Source of the DNA: Candidatus Poribacteria bacterium
Lineage (GTDB): Bacteria > Poribacteria > WGA-4E > WGA-3G
Direction of reading: 5' to 3'
Assembly: GCA_963663765.2 (NCBI GenBank)
Contig: CAXXUA010000015.1
Location: 64,001 to 128,000, forward strand
Length of the DNA stretch: 64,000 bases
Shown: in pieces, positions 21,090-31,454 of the stretch
Numbering within the stretch: position 1 is the stretch's first letter
Layout: each line of letters begins with the position of its first letter
Program-made: the position numbers and the translations under genes
Notes under the pieces: model-generated
What the model was told of the DNA's origin: nothing
Seen by the model: only the letters and a program-made list of their open reading frames with translations
Databases searched by the model: none

Positions 21090-21098
21090 TGAAATGTT

Positions 21099-21446
21099 CA
21101 GGGTTATTCAGTTTTAAGAGTTTTCTGTTATTGAGATTTACTGAAAGTTAATACACTGGTTCATTTTCCTAGCCGAACTTTATGCATCAATTTTAGATTA
21201 TTGAAATATGAACATCGCTCTATAGTCCCGTAGGGACGATATGTTTATAGACAACGATTTATTTTCAGGTCTTTAGTCCCGTAGGGACGATATGATTATC
21301 TTTCTATGCCGTTCCTACGGAACTCAAGGGAGGTATGCAACATTATTCTATAAACATATCGTCCCTACGGGACTAAAGTTAAATATAAGATACCAAAATA
21401 TAACATTATCGTAATAGTAAAAATAAATGAAAACTGAATTACCCTG
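21099..21446. mobile_element. Family B-ended element containing a long REPIN-like hairpin
   Basis: CAGGGTTATTCAGTTTT...AAAACTGAATTACCCTG; internal tagtcccgtagggacg / cgtccctacgggacta pairs, as at 4126-4322. Confidence 0.75.
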
Positions 21447-21453
21447 CTTATCC

Positions 21454-21966
21454 CAGGGTAATTCAGTTTTAAGAATCTATCCTTATGCCAGTAAACTTTG
21501 GGTTAAGATTAGTGGTTATATAGGATTTTCTGGTATTCTTAATTTTGGTCTGAACTAGGATTTTCATGATTAGTAGATTATCAATATATTTCTCATCAGA
21601 TCCTATTCCAAAAGAGGGCATAAACACATCATCAGGACTTACGCACCCAGTGGTAGGCGGTGAATGCCTAAACGGCATTCATACCCGGGGAATGCCAAAC
21701 GGCATTCATACCGTTGATTTCTTGATTTGGTGCTTTGTAAGCGCGCCGGAAACCTAAAAACTTCTGAAAATTGCATCGTTTTCGTCTTAATTCTTGATTG
21801 GATCATGAAAACTGCGTAAGTCCTGCACATATCAAAAACCCTTGACGAGGTAAAACCTGAAAATCTGGTAATCCTGAAAATCCTGGTTTAGAAAAAGAAC
21901 GGGTTAACTCAAGGATTAACAACTGTGATAGAATTTACTCAATAAATTGAAAACTGAATAACCCTG
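21454..21966. mobile_element. Family B-ended element with nested family A MITE (21633-21825)
   Basis: TIRs; CTTATCC on the left and CCCTTATCC on the right (partial 9-bp TSD); internal CAGGACTTACGCA...TGCGTAAGTCCTG. Confidence 0.78.
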
Positions 21967-22047
21967 CCCTTATCCTACCCGATCTTTCCTTTTCTATAAG
22001 TTTCTGGTATAATAAACCTATTCAGTTTCAAAAAGGAGAAACCCAAG

Positions 22048-22508
22048 TTGAACAAAAGATTAGTATCGTTCTTGCTTATCGTATTGTTAATCCTAACAGT
22101 AACTTCAATATGTTCTGCTGCCGACCAGTTCGTTGTGCGAGTTTTATATTTTCAACCGAAAGTTGCAGAACCCGTAAATCATCAAAAATACGACACAATC
22201 ATCAAAAATATACAAACGTTCTTCAGGCAAGAAATGATCCGTCTTGATTTCGGTGATAAGACCTTCCGCATTGAAACAGACAACAGTGACGATTTGCTCA
22301 TTCATACTGTCCACGGTCGACATCCGGGAGATCACTACACAGGGGAAGTCTTCAACACATACTACCAAAAAATAGCAAAAGAGATACCTTTTGGACTCAA
22401 CAACACAACAAACAGATGGGAACAGGATAACATCTACATTATCCTACTTGGCGGTGTTGAGATCGTAAACGACGGGTTGGGGTCTCCTTGGGGAGGGACT
22501 TGGGGTTC
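22048..22508 (+). pseudogene. Truncated secreted protein (5' portion only)
   Basis: AGGAG RBS and signal peptide; after GSPWGGTWG the frame runs antisense into the convergent gene. Confidence 0.55.
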
Positions 22509-23015
22509 TCAGGTGTCTTCGGTATCGCCTTCTTTTTTCTTGCTATCATTCACAGATCCGCGCACAAACTCTGTTAGTAATTGCGCATTTCCTCCACCAC
22601 AATCAGACAAGTTCACGACAACGGCTTGAGCAGACTGCCTTGCACTTTCTTCACCTTCAATCTCAGCATCACGATAGAACGGGTCTTGTATCTTGAGCAA
22701 CCACTGGAACGCACCGATGTCTTCCTTTTTCTCTGCGATTTCGTGAATCCTGCTCAGATACCCAGCTTCCACATTCGTGCGAGCAACCTCCACACGAAGA
22801 TACAACTCCAATTCCCGTTTCTGTTTGGTATTGAGATCGCCTTTCCTTATCTTTCCATCTTCAAGCTGTTTCTGGTAGTCTTCTCCATCTCTCAACCAGT
22901 TCCGAAGCGTTTGATAAGTGATCCCACAAGAGGCCGCAATGCGATACAGCGGAAGTTTAGACACCTCTACAGCAGTCATGATTCGTTCTGCGATAGTCAC
23001 CGTAAGTTTATTCAT
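22509..23015 (-). CDS. Phage terminase small subunit-like HTH protein
   Basis: HTH IAASCGITYQTLRNW; helical region with EDIGAFQWLLK; TG-N-TATAAT just upstream of the ATG (leaderless). Confidence 0.6.
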   Translation of the reverse strand: MNKLTVTIAERIMTAVEVSKLPLYRIAASCGITYQTLRNWLRDGEDYQKQLEDGKIRKGDLNTKQKRELELYLRVEVARTNVEAGYLSRIHEIAEKKEDIGAFQWLLKIQDPFYRDAEIEGEESARQSAQAVVVNLSDCGGGNAQLLTEFVRGSVNDSKKKEGDTEDT

Positions 23016-23033
23016 GCTTATATTATAGCACAT

Positions 23034-23058
23034 AAAAAAGCCGCCAACGCATGGCAGC
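23034..23058 (-). terminator. Intrinsic terminator
   Basis: Minus strand GCTGCCA-tgcgt-TGGCGGC followed by TTTTTT. Confidence 0.65.
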
Positions 23059-23105
23059 TCTGAATTCTGTTTTCACAACTATATTTTAGATACAGATATT
23101 TGCTT

Positions 23106-23225
23106 CAGGATTATTCAGTTTTCCTAATTTTTGGATTTTTCCAAAAAGAACCCCGCGGTAGGAACGACCCCCCGGTCGCGATTTTCTCACAAATCGACTA
23201 AAATGCTTAAAACTAAATAACCCTG
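23106..23225. mobile_element. MITE family B copy
   Basis: 120 bp, near-identical to 14198-14317 and the 53984 units; no TSD retained. Confidence 0.85.
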
Positions 23226-23354
23226 GCAGGATGTATCTCTTCATGAATACCAAAGACAGCATGCTCATGATGTGCTGCCAATACTAATACCTTGTCTTCA
23301 AGATACGGTTCAAGCGACCAATTTGGAAGTTGTATGTATTTATCCAATGTCTTC

Positions 23355-24166
23355 TTTTTGTTAATAGGGTACTAAAATTTTGAAAAACGCAAACATCCGA
23401 TAAAGCCTATGCCTACGCTATTGAGACCACATCACAGATATTTACTTTTTTAGGTTTTTAGGTTCTTAGAAGTTACCTCTCTGCCGATTTTTGTTGATAG
23501 GGTACTAAATTGAAATAGACGCAGACATACATAAAAGCCTTTACCTACGCCATTGAGACCGCATCACAGTTATTCTCATTTTTAGGTTTTTAGTAGTTGC
23601 CTCTCTGCCGTTTTTTGTTGATAGGGTACTAAAATTGAAATAGACGCAGACATACAAAAAACCCTTTGCCTACGCTATTGAGACCACATCACAGTTATTC
23701 CCTTTTTTATGTTTTTAGAAGTTGTCTCTCTGCCGTTTTTTGTTGATAGGGTATTAAAATGAAATAGACGCAGACATACATAAAACCTTTTGCCTACGCT
23801 ATTGAGACCACATCCCAGATATTTTCTTTTTTATGTTTTTAGAAGTTACCTCTTTCCCGTTTTTTGTTGATAGGGTACTAAAATTGAAATAGACATAAAC
23901 ATACATAAAACCCATTGCCTACGCTATTGAGACGACATGCCAGTTATTCCCTTTTTTATGTTTTTAGAAGTTACCTCTTTCCCGTTTTTTGTTGATAGGG
24001 TACTAAAATTGAAATAGACGCAGACATACATAAAACCCATTACCTACGCTATTGAGACCACATCACAGATATTTTCTATTTTATGTTTTTAGAACTTACA
24101 TCTCTGCCGTTTTTTGAGATGTTCAGTCACAATGGAGCACTAAAATTAATATAGACGCAGACATAT
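23355..24166. repeat. Non-coding tandem array of ~125-bp units (6 full + 1 partial)
   Basis: atagggta at 23364, 23497, 23621, 23746, 23870 and 23995; gcctacgctattgagaccacatc core; no ORF of 60 aa or more. Confidence 0.92.
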
Positions 24167-24334
24167 CAAGTTTTCATAAAAACATTGCTGATTTCTTTGA
24201 AAATGATTTCGGAATTGGCAAAAAATAATTCAATGGCAACTGTCATGAATAACTGCGATACACTAATAGGTCTCTCGGTTTTAGAAGTCCAGAAGTCATC
24301 CAATGCAAAACAGTTGATCAGCATTTATTTGATT

Positions 24335-25792
24335 GGGTGTGTAAAGTTTTTGTCACAAGAATGTACTGAATACAGATCTTGCTTAGTATTAGGTTAAATG
24401 GTATCCTTCTAAAAAACACTTTTTTATCAGAGAGGATACCAATGTTTAGTATATCATTAGCAAGTTGTGAAGTCGAAGAGTTTAGAGAAGATGCAATCCA
24501 TTTTGTAGAAAAGATCAATAATGTTTTACACACCCTTAGTTCAGACAGTCTTTATGTAGACGCTATGGAGATAATAGCCTTAGAGACGATGCGTTCGTTA
24601 GGTCAAATGATGTTAGAAATGGGTGTTCTCAAACATTCCGTTGAACAAGTTTCTGGATCTGTTGAATGTCCACAATGTCAACAAGCGTGTCGTCCGTATC
24701 GTAAAAGAGAACGCCGTATTACGACGCTATGTGGTGTTATTCGTGTTGACCGTTGGGTGTATCGTTGTGCTTCGGGTCATTATCATTTTCCGTGGGATAC
24801 GAAAGAAAAGTTGAAAGGTCAATACACACATCGTGTAGCTGAAGTGATGTGTCGTATGTCTGCGCGTCTTGACTTCAGGGAGGCAGCAGAGGAGTTGTTT
24901 CGTCAAGGGATAGAAGTCAGTCATACGACCCTCAATCAAAATGTGCGTGAATGGTCAAAAGCGTTGCGGGATTCACAACAAGTGGAAACACAAAAACTTG
25001 AGGCAAATCAGCGTTGGTATGTGAGTTGTGATGGATGCCACACCAACTCACAAGAGGGGTGGAAAGAAACCAAAGTTGGTTGTATTTATAGAGATTATCC
25101 ACAACCTCCAAATAGTTCTGGTGCGACACCGAGTGCGAGAACACCAAGCATTCGTTATGTTGCGGAGCGTGAGAATGCTGCTCATTTCGGTAAAGCGTTG
25201 TATAAGTTAGCAACGCAGAGCGGCATCTATCAAGAAGATATAGGCACGCAAGAGGTCGTGTTTATCGGAGATGGAGCGGCGTGGATATGGAACTTAGCGG
25301 CTGAATACTTCCCGAATGCTGTAGAGATTGTGGATTACATGCATGCCAAATCACATCTTTATGATGTGGCTAAAGTTGCCTTTGGTGAGACAGAAACAGA
25401 AGACGTAGAAACTTGGGTCACAGAGACAGAACCCTTTCTTTTTGATGGCAACATTCCAGAAGTTGTCTCACGTATCCGTGCTTTAGCCACACAGCACCCA
25501 GACGTTTGTGAGATTTTAGTAAGAGAAACAGGTTATTTTGAAAAACACGCGAAACGGATGCAATATAAAACGTTTAGAGATAAGGGGTATCAGGTTGGGA
25601 GTGGTGTGATTGAGAGTGCGTGTAAACATGTTGTGGGACAAAGGTGTAAACAAGCTTCTATGAGATGGGAGAAACCGGGTATTAATGCTGTTCTAAGTTG
25701 GAGATGTCTGTTGAAGAATAATGCCTGGGACAGATATTGGTATCCAGACACAAAAGCCGCATAACACTTAGTGACAAAAACTTTACACACCC
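24335..25792 (+). mobile_element. Intact ISKra4-family IS
   Basis: Perfect 22-bp TIR GGGTGTGTAAAGTTTTTGTCAC; 9-bp TSD TATTTGATT. Confidence 0.93.
24442..25764 (+). CDS. ISKra4-family (UPF0236-like) DDE transposase
   Basis: CPQC zinc ribbon, SCDG, IGDGAAWIW, VDYMHA, GSGVIESACK...RCKQASMRW. Confidence 0.92.
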   Translation: MFSISLASCEVEEFREDAIHFVEKINNVLHTLSSDSLYVDAMEIIALETMRSLGQMMLEMGVLKHSVEQVSGSVECPQCQQACRPYRKRERRITTLCGVIRVDRWVYRCASGHYHFPWDTKEKLKGQYTHRVAEVMCRMSARLDFREAAEELFRQGIEVSHTTLNQNVREWSKALRDSQQVETQKLEANQRWYVSCDGCHTNSQEGWKETKVGCIYRDYPQPPNSSGATPSARTPSIRYVAERENAAHFGKALYKLATQSGIYQEDIGTQEVVFIGDGAAWIWNLAAEYFPNAVEIVDYMHAKSHLYDVAKVAFGETETEDVETWVTETEPFLFDGNIPEVVSRIRALATQHPDVCEILVRETGYFEKHAKRMQYKTFRDKGYQVGSGVIESACKHVVGQRCKQASMRWEKPGINAVLSWRCLLKNNAWDRYWYPDTKAA

Positions 25793-25799
25793 TATTTGA

Positions 25800-25828
25800 T
25801 TGACACTATAAACTTTTTTTGCTATACT
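25800..25828 (+). promoter_or_regulatory. Sigma70-type promoter of the TRAP gene, abutting the IS right end
   Basis: TTGACA-17-TATACT with extended TG; the -35 overlaps the end of the TSD. Confidence 0.6.
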
Positions 25829-25966
25829 TGATAAAGATTGATTTCAATACAATTCAGGTACTGACGCATTTCGTATTAGGAATATCAGTGGTTGTCAGAT
25901 TTCCATTTGATTGTATTCGCTTATAAGACTCCATCCATAATATTTTAGAAAGCATCGTTTAATCTA

Positions 25967-27901
25967 TTGAAACATATAAAACAGATCCTTATCCTCCCAG
26001 TTGCAGCAGTTTTGTGTGTCTTTATTCTTGCTGAAGTCAACTATCCGTTGCTAAAACCTCAATCTGCGTTAGCACTTTTTGCGATGTTTGGGTTGATAGT
26101 AGTATTTTTGAAATATCCTCTACACCCAAGTCTTGCTGAAAACCTCATCTGTGACATTTTTGATTACTTTCTTGTGGGTAGTGTAATATTCTGCTTTGGT
26201 TACGTTGTAATTCAAACTGAACCGATTTTTGATCGGTTTTGGTTAAAAGGTGTATTTCTGGGCAACCGCGCCACAGATGAACACATACTGGATTTCTATG
26301 TCGGAGGATTCGGTCTTCTATTGATTTTAGAAGCAACCCGCCGCGCTATTGGTCTTACACTACCATTACTGGCTATAGCATTTCTTTTGTATGCATATTT
26401 CGGTCAGTTTTTGCCAAGTTGGTTGTTTCCACACCGTGGTTATTCTATACAACGAATAATCGGTTCAACATACTTACATGGAGGTGTCTTTGATGTAGCA
26501 CTACGAGTTATGTTCACCTATGTGTTTCTATTTGTACTGTTTGGTGCTTTTTTGGAACGGACAGGTGCTACGGCATATATCCTAAATTTAGCAAGACGTA
26601 TATTCGGAACGAGTTCGGGAAGTCCTGCTAAGGTTGCTGTAATTGGAAGCGGTATGATGGGTTCTCTCTCCGGTTCAGCTGTGGCGAACACTGCGACAAC
26701 TGGTACATTTACGATTCCATTGATGCGGAGTGTAGGTTTCCAACCGGCTATTGCGGGGGGAATTGAAGCAGCTGCGAGTTCAGGGGGTGCATTAGTGCCG
26801 CCTATTATGGGGGCAGCTGCTTATATGATGTTGGAAATCGTTCAGCCTCCTGTCACCTATTTGGCAATCATCAGAGCAGCACTCATACCAGCAATACTAT
26901 ATTATACAGGACTGCTGCTCATGGTTCATTTTTATGCAAAACGATCCGTTAACCCATCCACTAACTCTGTCTACACAGTGGAACCAACCGAAGTAAATGG
27001 GAAATTAGAAGAACAAGTTTTGGACACGTCACAACACCCAGAAAGAGAACAAGATCAAGAGCATGCAAAAGTACACTCACCCAAAGAGAAACTTCCAAAG
27101 ATGCAAGGAATAGTTTTCTTTGCTGCGTTTCTAACATTGATTCTATTCCTACTCCTGGGTGCAACACCGTTTCGTGCGGTCAGTTGGAGTTTATTGGTCA
27201 TTATAATCGTTAGTCTATTTCATTCAAAAACCCGTGTGGGAGTTAAAGGTGTACTAAAAGCGATGGAAAACGCCGGACATAGTGGTGTTTCCCTAATAGC
27301 TGCTGCATCATGTGTCGGAATTATCCTTGGTGTTGTTACATTCACTGGCGTAGGATCAAAACTTCCAAGTGCACTCTTATCGCTTGCTGAAACAAACTTG
27401 ATTCTTGCATTATTATTACTGATGGTCTCTACTATCATATTGGGCATGGGTCTTCCGTCCTCAGTGTGTTATCTATTGATGGCAATTCTGATTGGAGAGG
27501 AGCTTACTGACTTAGGTGTCGTTCCGCTTGCTGCTCATTTTTTTATTTTTTATTTTGGTATGATGTCTATGGTCACACCACCGGTTGCGCTTGCAGCATA
27601 TACTGCTGCAGCGATTGCGGACTCTAACATCATGCAGACGGCGTTTGCTGCGTTTCGGTTTGCACTTGTAGGGTTTGCTCTACCTTATGCTTTTGTGTTA
27701 CGACCAGAACTCTTATTACTCGGAGGAGATGGGGGTGATCCTGAAATCTGGCGAGTTATTATGACCGTATCACTTACTTTAGGAGGAACAGTCGTCCTTG
27801 CGATGAGTGTCGCAGGATATGCTTTCAGGAACTTACGTTATTGGGAAAGGTTTGCGATGTTTTTTGCAGCAATGCTGCTCTTTTTTATTCCTCTCCCATA
27901 A
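25967..27901 (+). CDS. TRAP transporter fused permease (4TM/12TM)
   Basis: LEATRR, SPAKVAV, GSAVAN, IEAAASSGG, GMGLP, VTPPVALAAY. Confidence 0.93.
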   Translation: MKHIKQILILPVAAVLCVFILAEVNYPLLKPQSALALFAMFGLIVVFLKYPLHPSLAENLICDIFDYFLVGSVIFCFGYVVIQTEPIFDRFWLKGVFLGNRATDEHILDFYVGGFGLLLILEATRRAIGLTLPLLAIAFLLYAYFGQFLPSWLFPHRGYSIQRIIGSTYLHGGVFDVALRVMFTYVFLFVLFGAFLERTGATAYILNLARRIFGTSSGSPAKVAVIGSGMMGSLSGSAVANTATTGTFTIPLMRSVGFQPAIAGGIEAAASSGGALVPPIMGAAAYMMLEIVQPPVTYLAIIRAALIPAILYYTGLLLMVHFYAKRSVNPSTNSVYTVEPTEVNGKLEEQVLDTSQHPEREQDQEHAKVHSPKEKLPKMQGIVFFAAFLTLILFLLLGATPFRAVSWSLLVIIIVSLFHSKTRVGVKGVLKAMENAGHSGVSLIAAASCVGIILGVVTFTGVGSKLPSALLSLAETNLILALLLLMVSTIILGMGLPSSVCYLLMAILIGEELTDLGVVPLAAHFFIFYFGMMSMVTPPVALAAYTAAAIADSNIMQTAFAAFRFALVGFALPYAFVLRPELLLLGGDGGDPEIWRVIMTVSLTLGGTVVLAMSVAGYAFRNLRYWERFAMFFAAMLLFFIPLP

Positions 27902-27993
27902 ATTACTTTTGAAGATTGAAATTACACTGCTTGCAAGTGTTTTTGTCTTATACTATAATGATAAGAATTGTTTCTATCATATTAGCAATGATT

Positions 27994-28220
27994 ATACCAA
28001 TTCAAATAAATCTTGTCTCATTAAGGAATTCTACTGTTTACTGGCAGTGGGTTACTCTCTTCGGTAGGAGCGACCCGGGGAATGTCATACGCGCATTCAT
28101 ACCCGGGGAATGCCTAAATGGCATTCATACCGTTGATTTCTTGATTTGCCGGTCGCGACCGGGAGGTCGCTCCTACCAGAGTTCCGCTGCTAATGAGACA
28201 TTATCACATGAAAATGGTAT
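27994..28220. mobile_element. MITE family D (ATACCAATT ends), REP doublet interrupted by the hairpin module
   Basis: Inverted copy of 32080-32235 plus insert 28076-28148. Confidence 0.78.
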
Positions 28221-28324
28221 TAGTTTAGACAAGCCTAATGTGAATGTTCTTTTTGCTGATAAATGATGTTCCATTTTAAAGACTATACAATTTAGGAATT
28301 TATTGATTATACTGGTGAATAGTT

Positions 28325-28510
28325 ATGAATACTGCGCTCAGGAGGATTTTATATAGTTTATTAGTTGTTCTATATGTTCTGCATAACGACTTTTGGTTTT
28401 GGGGAACATCTACAATAGTTTTGGGATTACCAATCGGATTACTTTATCATATAGTGTTCTGTATTGCTGCATCTTTACTCATGTTTTCGTTAGTCAAATA
28501 TGTCATGTGA
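28325..28510 (+). CDS. Small 2-TM partner of SSS symporter (DUF3311-like)
   Basis: LHNDFWFW...LGLPIGLLYH, directly upstream of the SSS gene. Confidence 0.75.
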   Translation: MNTALRRILYSLLVVLYVLHNDFWFWGTSTIVLGLPIGLLYHIVFCIAASLLMFSLVKYVM

Positions 28511-28549
28511 GTACGAGATTAATAGCATGTCATTCAAAAGGTTGAAGGA

Positions 28550-30010
28550 ATGATTCTTGTCGTCATCATAATCTATCTTGCCTTAGTGTTAAGTCTTGGT
28601 ATACTGAGTCACAGGTTTTTCCGTAATACAGGCGAAGACTATTTTGTAGCAAGTCGTAGCATTAGTTGGTTTATGTTGTTGATGTCACTTTTTGGTACAC
28701 ACATGACAGCCTTTTCCATTCTTGGTGCGTCAGGTGAAGCTTACCGCAAGGGTATTGGTGTTTTTGCGTTGATGGCGTCCTCCTCTGCGATTATTGTTCC
28801 GTGCGTTTTCCTTTTTATTGGCACAAGACTGTGGAAACTTGGCAAAAAATTTGGATATATGACGCAGGTACAATACTTCCGTGAACGTTGGGAATCAGAT
28901 GGGTTAGGTTTATTACTATTCATCGTCTTAGTGCTCTTACTCATTCCCTACCTCTTAATTGGCGTAATGGGTGGCGGAGACACATTAGCAAAAATAACAG
29001 ACAACACAATCCCTCAATGGTTGGGTGGACTACTAATCTGTGGTGTTGTTCTATGTTATGTAACATATAGTGGTATGCGTGGAACAGCATGGGTTAATAC
29101 GTTTCAAACACTTATATTCATGGTACTTGGGGGAGTTACATTTTTCGTCATCATGCATCGCATGGGAGGTATTTCCACTGCTCTTGCTAATGTAGACACA
29201 AGTCTATTGATGCAAAAAGATCACATTAAACCTTTGCAACTTTTAACCTATACCTGCATTCCACTTTCAGTTGGGATGTTTCCGCACATCTTTTCACACT
29301 GTCTAACTGCAAAAGATGTCAGTACGTTCCGCTATCCAATTATTTTTTATCCTCTATGTATCGCAATTGTGTGGGTACCGAGTGTATTACTTGGTATAGT
29401 TGGAAATGTAGATTTTCCTAATTTAGAAGGTGGCGAAGTCAATTCCGTACTCATAAAGCTGATTCACCAACATGCTCCTGGTGTATTAGCGGGTTTGTTA
29501 GGAGCAGGTGTTTTTGCAGCAATTATGTCTTCGTTAGATTCACAAACACTCTCGTTGGGTAGTATGTTCACAAACGACATCATTCGTCCGATCCTGAAAA
29601 AAAGAGGACAAAAACAGATTTCTGATAAACAACATGTATGGATTGGACGTCTATTCGTGATAGTTATACTTAGTATCACCTATATTATTTCTTTAATCGC
29701 AAAACCGAGTATATTTAAGCTGGGTATATGGTCATTTACAGGTTACTCAGGACTTTTTCCCATCGTGGTTGCAGCACTATTCTGGAAGGGTAGCACAAAG
29801 TCTGGTGTTTTTGCATCAATTATATCTGTTGTTGTCCTATGGCTTTATTTCTTTTTACGATATTGGAATACTACTGGTTATACTGTGGGGGGAATCGGTA
29901 TTATGCCTGTGACAGTTTTAATCTTAGTTTCCTCCATAACTCTGATAATTGTTTCTCTGTTTACGAAACCACCAACTTCAGAAACAATCGGTAAGTATTT
30001 TATCAATTGA
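28550..30010 (+). CDS. Sodium:solute symporter family protein
   Basis: EDYFVASR, SGMRGTAW, FAAIMSSLDSQ. Confidence 0.93.
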   Translation: MILVVIIIYLALVLSLGILSHRFFRNTGEDYFVASRSISWFMLLMSLFGTHMTAFSILGASGEAYRKGIGVFALMASSSAIIVPCVFLFIGTRLWKLGKKFGYMTQVQYFRERWESDGLGLLLFIVLVLLLIPYLLIGVMGGGDTLAKITDNTIPQWLGGLLICGVVLCYVTYSGMRGTAWVNTFQTLIFMVLGGVTFFVIMHRMGGISTALANVDTSLLMQKDHIKPLQLLTYTCIPLSVGMFPHIFSHCLTAKDVSTFRYPIIFYPLCIAIVWVPSVLLGIVGNVDFPNLEGGEVNSVLIKLIHQHAPGVLAGLLGAGVFAAIMSSLDSQTLSLGSMFTNDIIRPILKKRGQKQISDKQHVWIGRLFVIVILSITYIISLIAKPSIFKLGIWSFTGYSGLFPIVVAALFWKGSTKSGVFASIISVVVLWLYFFLRYWNTTGYTVGGIGIMPVTVLILVSSITLIIVSLFTKPPTSETIGKYFIN

Positions 30011-30065
30011 TAACTTAAGGGGAGATTTGCAGGTATACATATTTTTCTTTGCGAATAGTATTAAT

Positions 30066-31355
30066 ATGAAAGTTGCTTATATAACAGCTGGGGCTGCAGG
30101 CATGTATTGCGGTACCTGCATCCATGACAACACTGTCGCATCCGTTCTCAAAAAACAGGGGCATAATGTTGACCTAATTCCTACATATACGCCTACACGG
30201 ACGGACGAAGAAAATGTAAGTTTAAATCGGGTATTTTATGGGGGGATTAACGTATATCTTCAACAAAAGATTTCGCTGTTTCGTCATACACCTTGGACAT
30301 TAGATAGAATGTTGGACAGTCCGAGTTTGCTTAATGGATTGACTCGTTTCAGTTCCTCTACTGATGCACGGGATTTAGGTGAATTGACAGTCTCAATGTT
30401 ACGTGCGGAGGAAGGTTATCAAAAGAAGGAATTGTCGAAATTAGTCAAATGGCTGAAAGAACACGACAGACCGGATATCGTATATTTAACGAATTCCATG
30501 CTACTTGGTATGGCAAGAGAAATTAAGAAAGCATTGAATGTACCTGTCGTCTGTGCATTGCAAGGTGAGGACATATTTCTAAGAGGTTTGATTGAACCAT
30601 ACAAAGCAACAGCTCTATCACTGCTTGCAGAACGCGCTTCTGATGCAGATGGATTTGTCGCGCCTTGTAATTACTATGCACAATTCATGGCAGAGGCGTA
30701 CCTGAAAGTACCCGTTGATACGATTCACATTGTTCCACTCGGTTTGAAATTAGAGGGGCATGGAAATGTGATAGATAAACCGGGACCGCCACCTTTCATC
30801 ATAGGGTATTTAGCGCGTATTTGCCCTGAAAAAGGATTACATTTATTGGTAAACGCTTTTTATACATTGACAAAGGAGTTAGGAACAGATAATGTTGAAC
30901 TTCATGTCGCAGGTTATCTTGGTAAGAAGGATGAACCCTATTTTGAGGAGTTGGTTAATCAGATTCACGCATGGGGTTTATCAGATAGTTTTGTACATCA
31001 CGGAGAAGTCACACGATCTGAAAAGATTGATTTTCTTAATCGTCTACATGTATTTTCTGTTCCTACAGTTTACCGTGAATCAAAAGGATTATCCATTTTA
31101 GAAGCACTTGCGAATGGGGTGCCAGTCGTTCAACCAAAACATGGCTCATTTCCAGAAATGATTAAAGCCACCGAGGGAGGTATTTTAGTGGATCCAGAAT
31201 CCGTTGGTGCATTGGCTGAAGGAATACTCCAACTCTATAGAGATTCTGAAAGACGAAGACACTTGGGCAAAACAGGTAAGGCAAATGTTCATCAAAAGTT
31301 AAGCGATAAACAGATCGCACGACAGTTATTGGATGTTTTTGAACAGTATATATAG
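30066..31355 (+). CDS. Glycosyltransferase family 4 protein
   Basis: AGAAGMYCGTC N-terminus; ARICPEKG; ESKGLSILEALANGVPVV. Confidence 0.9.
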   Translation: MKVAYITAGAAGMYCGTCIHDNTVASVLKKQGHNVDLIPTYTPTRTDEENVSLNRVFYGGINVYLQQKISLFRHTPWTLDRMLDSPSLLNGLTRFSSSTDARDLGELTVSMLRAEEGYQKKELSKLVKWLKEHDRPDIVYLTNSMLLGMAREIKKALNVPVVCALQGEDIFLRGLIEPYKATALSLLAERASDADGFVAPCNYYAQFMAEAYLKVPVDTIHIVPLGLKLEGHGNVIDKPGPPPFIIGYLARICPEKGLHLLVNAFYTLTKELGTDNVELHVAGYLGKKDEPYFEELVNQIHAWGLSDSFVHHGEVTRSEKIDFLNRLHVFSVPTVYRESKGLSILEALANGVPVVQPKHGSFPEMIKATEGGILVDPESVGALAEGILQLYRDSERRRHLGKTGKANVHQKLSDKQIARQLLDVFEQYI

Positions 31356-31454
31356 AAATCGGATATATATTGTTATTCGGTTTTAAGGTCTTTTCATACG
31401 AAATTATAGACCTTTAATAGGTTTCTGGAGAATTTAAAACGGAGGTGAGAATTA

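Noticed and set aside
23355-24166. CRISPR, TIGR-like or integron attC array
   Set aside because: No unique spacers, variation is scattered, no RYYYAAC/GTTRRRY pairing, no cassette ORFs or integrase
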